Shown piece after piece: positions 57,001 through 64,000 of a stretch of 64,000 nt of DNA. The notes below the pieces were generated by a model that was not told where the DNA came from, did not search any database, and was given only the letters and a program-made list of their open reading frames with translations. Source of the DNA: Rotaria socialis (taxonomy: Eukaryota); assembly GCA_905331295.1 (NCBI GenBank), contig CAJNYD010000014.1, positions 186,001-250,000 on the forward strand, given 5' to 3'. How positions within the stretch are numbered: the first letter of the stretch is position 1; each line of letters begins with the position of its first letter. Both the position numbers and the translations under genes were made by a program.

Positions 57001-59089
57001 GAAGTGTTGCATCAATCGCACTTTTTCGAGGAATCGAAGTAAAATATTGTTTTGATCCATATATTTATTTTCAATGAAGTTTTTTTTCTCATTTATTAAA
57101 CAGGTTAATCAATATTTAACGCACCTTGATTTATCATGGAGCGGTCTTGGTTATGATGGTAGTGTTGCCCTACGTCGTGTTTTAATTGTTAATAAAGTTT
57201 TAGAACGTTTAAATATAAGTAATTGTAATATCGAATGGTTCAGTGCAAAAGTAATCAGTGAAGGTTTAGCAAAAAATTCAACACTTAATATTTTGAATGT
57301 AAATAAAATTCTATGTTAAACTCATAGAACTACAGTCTTTCTTTCATTTGTTCATCTATTAGCTTTCCTACAATCCAATAACAACACATGGTGTTCAATA
57401 TATTATTCAAGCGTTGAATTCAAAGACCAGTGCTCTTCATTGGCTTGATATATCGGTAAGATTTAATCGATGGTTTATTGGTTTTTATTTTTTAAGCCGT
57501 ATATATTTATTTAAGGGTACACCAGTTTTCGCGCCAACAGTTCGTCTTGCAGAAAAAATTGCACAACGGAGAGATTTTATTATGAAATTTGACTGTGAAA
57601 TGCCAGTACATGATGCACTTGGTCGAGAAGCAGGTATGATTAGTAAATTCAATCATTATCATCGTGCTAGTAAGGAAAGCAAATTTCAGTTGTTTCATTC
57701 TCTTGTAACTGTATTTAGAAAAGATTGATCAGAAAGACTAGTATTGAATTACTATTATAACCTATCGCGATTACAATAAGAAGAATATTATTTCTGTCTT
57801 AAGAGTAGTCTTGAGTATTGTATGTTACCTAGCGACAATTGTAGTGAGCCTAATAGTGGATGTAGTTCCAAATGAAAGGTCAACATGATACAGAGATTGT
57901 GCACTAAACTGTTTGATATTCTGATGTACGCCCATCAGTTGACCATATACAAACTTTTAGTAGAAAGCCATTTGGTCATTATAATGATTAATAATTTCAA
58001 ATATCCTCAAGACAAATGTGACTATATGCTATAGAATAATTAGCATATTTTCGAACAAACGATCCGAGACCAAATAGCGTATAATTTTCAGTCCCGAATT
58101 ATTTCATGATTAGTGATATCGATCTTTGAGCAATCCAGTGACTCAGCCGCATTCAATTCTACGATTATAATACGGATAAGGATATGTGGACAGAAAAGCA
58201 GAACTAACTGCACTATAACACTTAATTTATTTCATGTGAATTTTCCAACGATGATAAATATAGAGATCGACTCAGATTTGTTCCTTTACAAGCAATAACT
58301 TTTGGTTGGTTTCGGAATATGTTTACGTGAACATAGATGATTTTGAGTCGTAATATTTCGAAACTAAATCAATATCCTATCTCTTTGACTTAGCGCATAA
58401 GTTTGTTTTAAAATTGCTTTTATCGAGAGAAATTAAACGAGATTTCAAAAATACAAATGCCTTTAATTGTTGTTGATTTTTTCATTTCTATTTTTCTAAT
58501 AGTAGCTACCAAAGGTGATTCTATGCGTAAAATTATTCAACATATCGATGAAAGACGTTGGCGCACATTGGATTATTTTCGAATGTTAGATAAAAATAAT
58601 ACATCACATTTGGACAGAGAAACTGTTACTTTAAATATTGTGGTAAGAAATGTTCATTTTATTCTTTTTACATATCTATGTGTTTTTCTTTGAAATCTAT
58701 CTCTAACTAAAAGAAATCCGGTGTAAAACTTCAAAATGAAGATATTCAAAATATTCATCAACGTTTAATACAACCAGCAGTGCAACCTTTAACATATCAG
58801 TATGAAACAAAAATTGATTTCATATTGATTTTCATATTGTTAATGTCATTTTTTGCTTTCCAGAGCTATAAATGGTATTATTCAGCAACAACGGGTTCGT
58901 GATCGATTATTGAAAATTCATCAAGAGCAACAAACAAGACATATGAAGAAACATAATCGAAAAATTCTAGAGACTGTCAGTCAACATTTCCCCGATATCG
59001 AAATTATTAGTAAATATCAAAAACATAAGGAAGCCATTGAAAAGTTGGCTAAGCCACGTGCACACAGTGCTCATCCTAGATTTTTCTGA
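54080..59089 (+). CDS. LRRC74-like leucine-rich repeat protein with a C-terminal EF-hand-like segment
   Basis: Exon 1 MEKDDSNDFDTDLDDDTT splices in phase to 56114. RI-type LRRs (LDLSGNKIG, INLSANEF, LNLSWNFI, LDLSWSGLG, LSYNPI) and LDYFRMLDKNNTSHLDRE. Confidence 0.7.
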
Positions 59090-59844
59090 AAACTAAACAT
59101 TTTTGTTTCGCTCTGGAATCTATTCATTCTTATTAAATAAACAAAAAGACAGCGACTGATTTGAAATTTATGACAATAAAGAAACTCCTTAGCAGAATTC
59201 ATAAAAGCAAACTCGCTCAATTCGATTAATCTTCTCTATTTGTTGATTTTAATATGATTGTGTATTGCTAAATCACCGAAAAAACTCAGATGAATAGAAA
59301 TGCAAAAATAAATTCCTTTATTATCGTTGCTTTTCTACGATTTCAAAGTACTATCATATAATAAGGATGTCATGTACATAGAAAATGCTATATGCTTTTC
59401 ATCAATGTAGAATTCAGAAAACTTTTTACATGTCATGCTAATTCAATTTCAACATTTGTTGAATAGATTAGTGTTATATTTCTATTAAGTCTGTGACTTG
59501 TACAGAAAATAAAACTATATTACACGATTGAAGCAGAAAAATAGATAATTTAAAAATGATCGAAATTTAGTTTTATTTTAGCATTTGTTCTTGCTTATTT
59601 TGACTTTCATCAATGGCATTAATTTGTGTTCTATTTATTGTTTATTGGTGCAACAATAGAATGGAACCCACATTTGCTTTAATTAGTCTGAAATTCACAC
59701 AAGTGGATCTTGCAGTGAATTTATGTGAAACGTAGTAATACTAAAGTTCTCTTTGAATTGAGCTTTGCTTCTTCTCAATGACAACAAAACTCTTATTTTT
59801 GTAACAGTATGCATCATTTACTTTCATCGAACCGACAGAACAGT

Positions 59845-60431
59845 CAGTGGCGGATCGAGGAATTTTTAGACGGGGCGGCGCTTTCTAAATTATATAATAC
59901 GACACAGAGAAATTTTTTTTGAGGAAATATATGAATCAAAGTACTAGTTTTCTTTCCATTGCTTATTTAACTTTTGCGCAATATATCTATAATTTCATGG
60001 AAAAATCAACTTTTTTTAGAAATAAAGTTGCGCAATAAAATCTAAAAACTAATCGACGACTGAACTTAACGAATTCATCGATGCAAATTAGTTATAGTTA
60101 ACCAGATTTTTCTAATTACTTATTTTCATGATTATTTTGTGGAATTTTTATTATTAAACTAAAACAGTTTTCGAACATTTGACACCAACATCTTGTGGTT
60201 TATTTTCTTATTGAAAGATATGATTTGGTGCATATAAGAGCCGCAGAAACATTTCGGGTGGCACTTTCAAAAAGACAGAAATGAAGCTGAAAACGAACAA
60301 ACGCTATTTATATTTTTTGATCTACTACTTACGTAATATTCAAGATGATGACAATCAATTATAGTTTTCCGATTCCCTTCGGTTATTNGGGTGGTGAGCG
60401 CCGGGTAGCCGAACTGGTAGATCCGCCAGTG
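59845..60431. mobile_element. hAT-type MITE (587 bp)
   Basis: 12-bp TIRs cagtggcggatc / gatccgccagtg with 1 mismatch. Perfect 8-bp TSD AGAACAGT (59837-59844, 60432-60439). GC-rich subterminal blocks. Confidence 0.88.
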
Positions 60432-61146
60432 AGAACAGTCTTTCCCTATTATAAACGAATAGTCAGAGACATTTTTTAAATTCTAAGAAAGATTTAGCTT
60501 TCTTTTTTTCTCAAGTATTTCACGATACATCGTTAAATTTGAATAAAAATAATTCTTTTTCACAATAAATAAAGGTAAAGATTTAAAGAAGAAAATCATT
60601 GAAATTAATTCTACTCATCTTTTACTTCTGTTTCATAATTTTTTATAAAATAATAAGACATGCATATTTTTAGATGCTAGATACGGCTAGAAATATGAGA
60701 ACATAGTGAAGAAGAAGACAAATTATGAGAAAGAATATAATATCAAAGGCAACATGGCCTACTGGTTTGTCTTAGTTTTCAAAAAATATTATACATATGA
60801 TTAGAAGGTTTACAGTGAAAATTCTCATGATTTTATTAGCTCTCTTTCTTCATTCATCGGAATATTTGTGTACGATTTCTTAGAATGTGAATATAAATTT
60901 GTTTACATTCATTTAAATGATAATTTTCAATCGATATTATTTCTTTAGAAATGATAAAAAGTTGACACTAAAATTAATGCCACGAAAAAGGAACTATATT
61001 TTCAATACACGATTATGCTCTGTTGAATAGCGACCTCTGATCTTGCGAAAGCTTTCTGTTCAAAATACGAACGAATCCTTGATGATTGATTGAGTCAATG
61101 TATAGATCGCATCACATGTCTATGATACTCGATCTGATTGAAAATC

Positions 61147-63854
61147 ATGATAAGACAAAATGAAAAAGTAAACATATTTTTTACATCGAAAAAGTCTGCT
61201 CCTTGGTGGAAATCCATCAGCATTGAACCTGTTGTTTTTCTTTATATGTTAGCAGTTTACATAAATATTCCTACAGATGAAGCACTTCTTTATCGACAAG
61301 TTTGCTATAAATTATATAATATATCGTTATGTAATTCGATGAATACGAATAGAATAAATAAGATCGATATTTATAAATCCATGGAAGATATTATACAAAA
61401 ACATGCATCTATTTATGTTATGTATTTTAATTTTGTTTATTCGATTCCGTCAATATTTATATCAATCATGTGTGGTGTATGGTCAGATAAATATTCTCAT
61501 AAAATTCCAATGATTTTTGCAAGTATTGGTTGTATATTATCGACCATAGTGAATTTATTTGTATCAGTTATAAAATATAATCTATCAATAGAAATATTAT
61601 TTTTATCAAACATATTTCTTAGTTTATTTGGTTCAACATCAACCATGTTTTCAGTCATCTATAATTATATTTCGCATATAACAACAATAGAAAATCGTAC
61701 ACAACGGATTGCAATTATTGAATCATGTTTGATGTTTGGTTCAACAATTGGTTTAATATTGAGTGGAATATTAATTGATTTAACAAATTTTCAATATTGT
61801 TTTTTATTTATTATTTTTGTTCATTGTATTAATATTATTTATATTACATTTTATGTTAAAGAAGTTATTCCAACAAGGCAAAATATTAAATCATTTAAAA
61901 ATTTCTATGAAACCTTATTTTTTTATAATGATATAAGAGATGCATTTCGTGTTTTATTTAAACCAAGAGAATTCAACCAAAGAAAATATCTTCTTCTTGC
62001 AATATTTGGTTTATTATGCAGCATGTAAGTTACTTATGAGTCATGATCATGAGTGTTTTTGTGCAAAAACGGAATCTCAAAAGCACGATTTATCTTGATA
62101 GAAAAGATTTCTTTTAGGTTTTTCTAAAATTTTTTCTCGATGGTGAATATTATCAGAACTTATATACTCTAAATAGGCATCAGCAAAATATTCTCCTTTA
62201 TGCTGACCTATGAAATGAATTGTTTTTTCCATTTTAACATTCTATTGTAGAGCAATACATTGAAAATAAAACAAAAAATATGTCGTTTGCTTCCAGTTGA
62301 GACCAGTCGGACTACAATTTTATTAAATGCAGTTAAAATTCATGTTTTGAAATGATAGAATAAAACTTGTATTGATGGGGTTTAAATTTCTTCCATCGAA
62401 TCGCAAATTGATAAGAAAAATTTTTGTAACTAAAATCGTGTCTAATCTTTATACAAATTCAAATGATAATATGCATTTTACGAGCTTAAATATCAACTGA
62501 TTTTAGCTATTAAAGAAAAAAACCTATTCTTATACTTATCAACTAATAAATCTTATCTGAAACGCACTCAATAAGAAAAAAACAACGAAGTGAAATCGTA
62601 AAAACATAATATAACTTTCATGTTTGATATCTCATATAGGAAATAAAACTTAATGCAATCAAACATTTCCTGCATAAAAAACAGTACGGATCATATAAAT
62701 TTGTTAAAGATAGCCGTAATTTCTCGGGTTTGTTTCTTCAACAATACTCAATCCAATAAGAAAAAGAATCAATGATGCTCGTCACTTTTCATCAACTCAT
62801 TTAATATTATAAATCCCGAGACGATATTAAAACTTTCTAATCAAGCATATCTTTGTATCTAAATGAAACTTTGTCCATTTAGTTTAACAAGCATCGGTAA
62901 ATGAAATAGATTAAGGGCATTTTGCAAATTATTCTTTTTTTGTTTTTATTCTGAAATTGACACAGTTGTCTATTTGAAAATTCAGGTGAATCAACAGTCA
63001 TCTATCTTTATTTAAAAAAATCGCCGTTGTCTTTCTCGCAAAGTCTCTATGGAATATTCCGTGGTTTGAAATCATTTGGTCTTGGCCTTGGCTTATTATT
63101 TCTATTGCCAATATTACGATATCTATTCAATATCAGTGATATGACATGTGCAATTCTTGGTACACTATCGAAATGTACAACAGATTTTCTTTATGCAATG
63201 AATCATTCAAAAACATTTATATTTATGAGTAATTTCAGATTAAAGTTCTTGTATTTGAACATAAGCGTTCGTTTTGTTTTCTTCTAGTACCATTATTTGG
63301 TATGTTATCATCATATGTTGTTGTAGGTATTCGATCATATATTTCGAAAATTTGTAACCTCGATGAAGAAGGTATTTGTTGGTAATTATTCTCGGGAGAA
63401 AAAAAAGTAAATCTTTGGCTTTTTCAGGTAAAATCTTTTCGATTATTGCATCACTCGAATCGATTGATGCATTAATTGGATCATTGTTATTTAATATTCT
63501 TTATTCATATACAATAAGCACTTATCCTAGTTCAATATTTATTCTTGCTTGTTTTCTTCATTTTCTAACTTTACCTATATTTATGTAAGTATTTAAAGAA
63601 AAACAATCAAACATACGTGTTTATCAACTTAGCATTGTAGTTATATTCTATTCAGTGACAATCATTTGAATAGAAGAAAAATTGTTGCGAAGCAAATGAA
63701 AAAAACGTTGCCCATTAAAAACAAGAATTCTAATAATCAATCTCGTATTCATTATTTATCTTTAATGCATTATTTTCGACGAAATCATCGAAAATTCATA
63801 TATGATTATAATCGTCCCGATAATGATAGAAACAAAATCAAGTATATTCGATAA
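61147..63854 (+). CDS. SLC46 / proton-coupled folate transporter-like MFS protein
   Basis: SIEPVVFLYM, LLYRQVC, GVWSDKYSHK, YISHITTIENRTQRIAIIE, IRSYISKI...EEGKIFSIIASLESI. Multi-exon, with a 14-nt microexon at 62883-62896. Confidence 0.85.
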
Positions 63855-64000
63855 CATAAATAGTAATATAAACTCTGAGTCATTGTTTTTCGTCTATTCG
63901 CGTTCTGCTTGTGTTTCATGAAAACAAATACTAATAAAATAAATTCGAATCATCATCTCAATACAGGACACGTATCTCTAGAATGAATCTATCAGTTGTT

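Overview
Eukaryotic, very AT-rich genomic DNA with many ~50-60 nt GT-AG introns. Gene style and families suggest a bdelloid rotifer (Rotaria/Adineta-like); this is an inference, not a database result. The window has two zones. 1-13.7 kb is accessory: several non-autonomous DNA transposons (hAT, CMC-like, TA-target and Helentron/HINE-like), an intronless F-box/LRR gene, and a pseudogene carrying a possibly foreign Cys/Trp-rich domain. 13.8-64 kb is a compact block of genes: HROB(-), orphan multi-TM gene A(-), TRPC channel(+), orphan multi-TM gene B(+, a paralog of A), VMAT/SLC18A(+), intronless Kelch(+), lachesin-like Ig protein(-), SNX1/2(-), CK2 alpha(-), XPO1(+), LRRC74-like(+) and SLC46-like(+). 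The most notable signals are the two paralogous uncharacterised membrane genes bracketing TRPC, and very short same-strand spacers with an AG acceptor just before the ATG, which suggest operon-like or trans-spliced arrangements. Exon boundaries were read by eye and internal ones are approximate.
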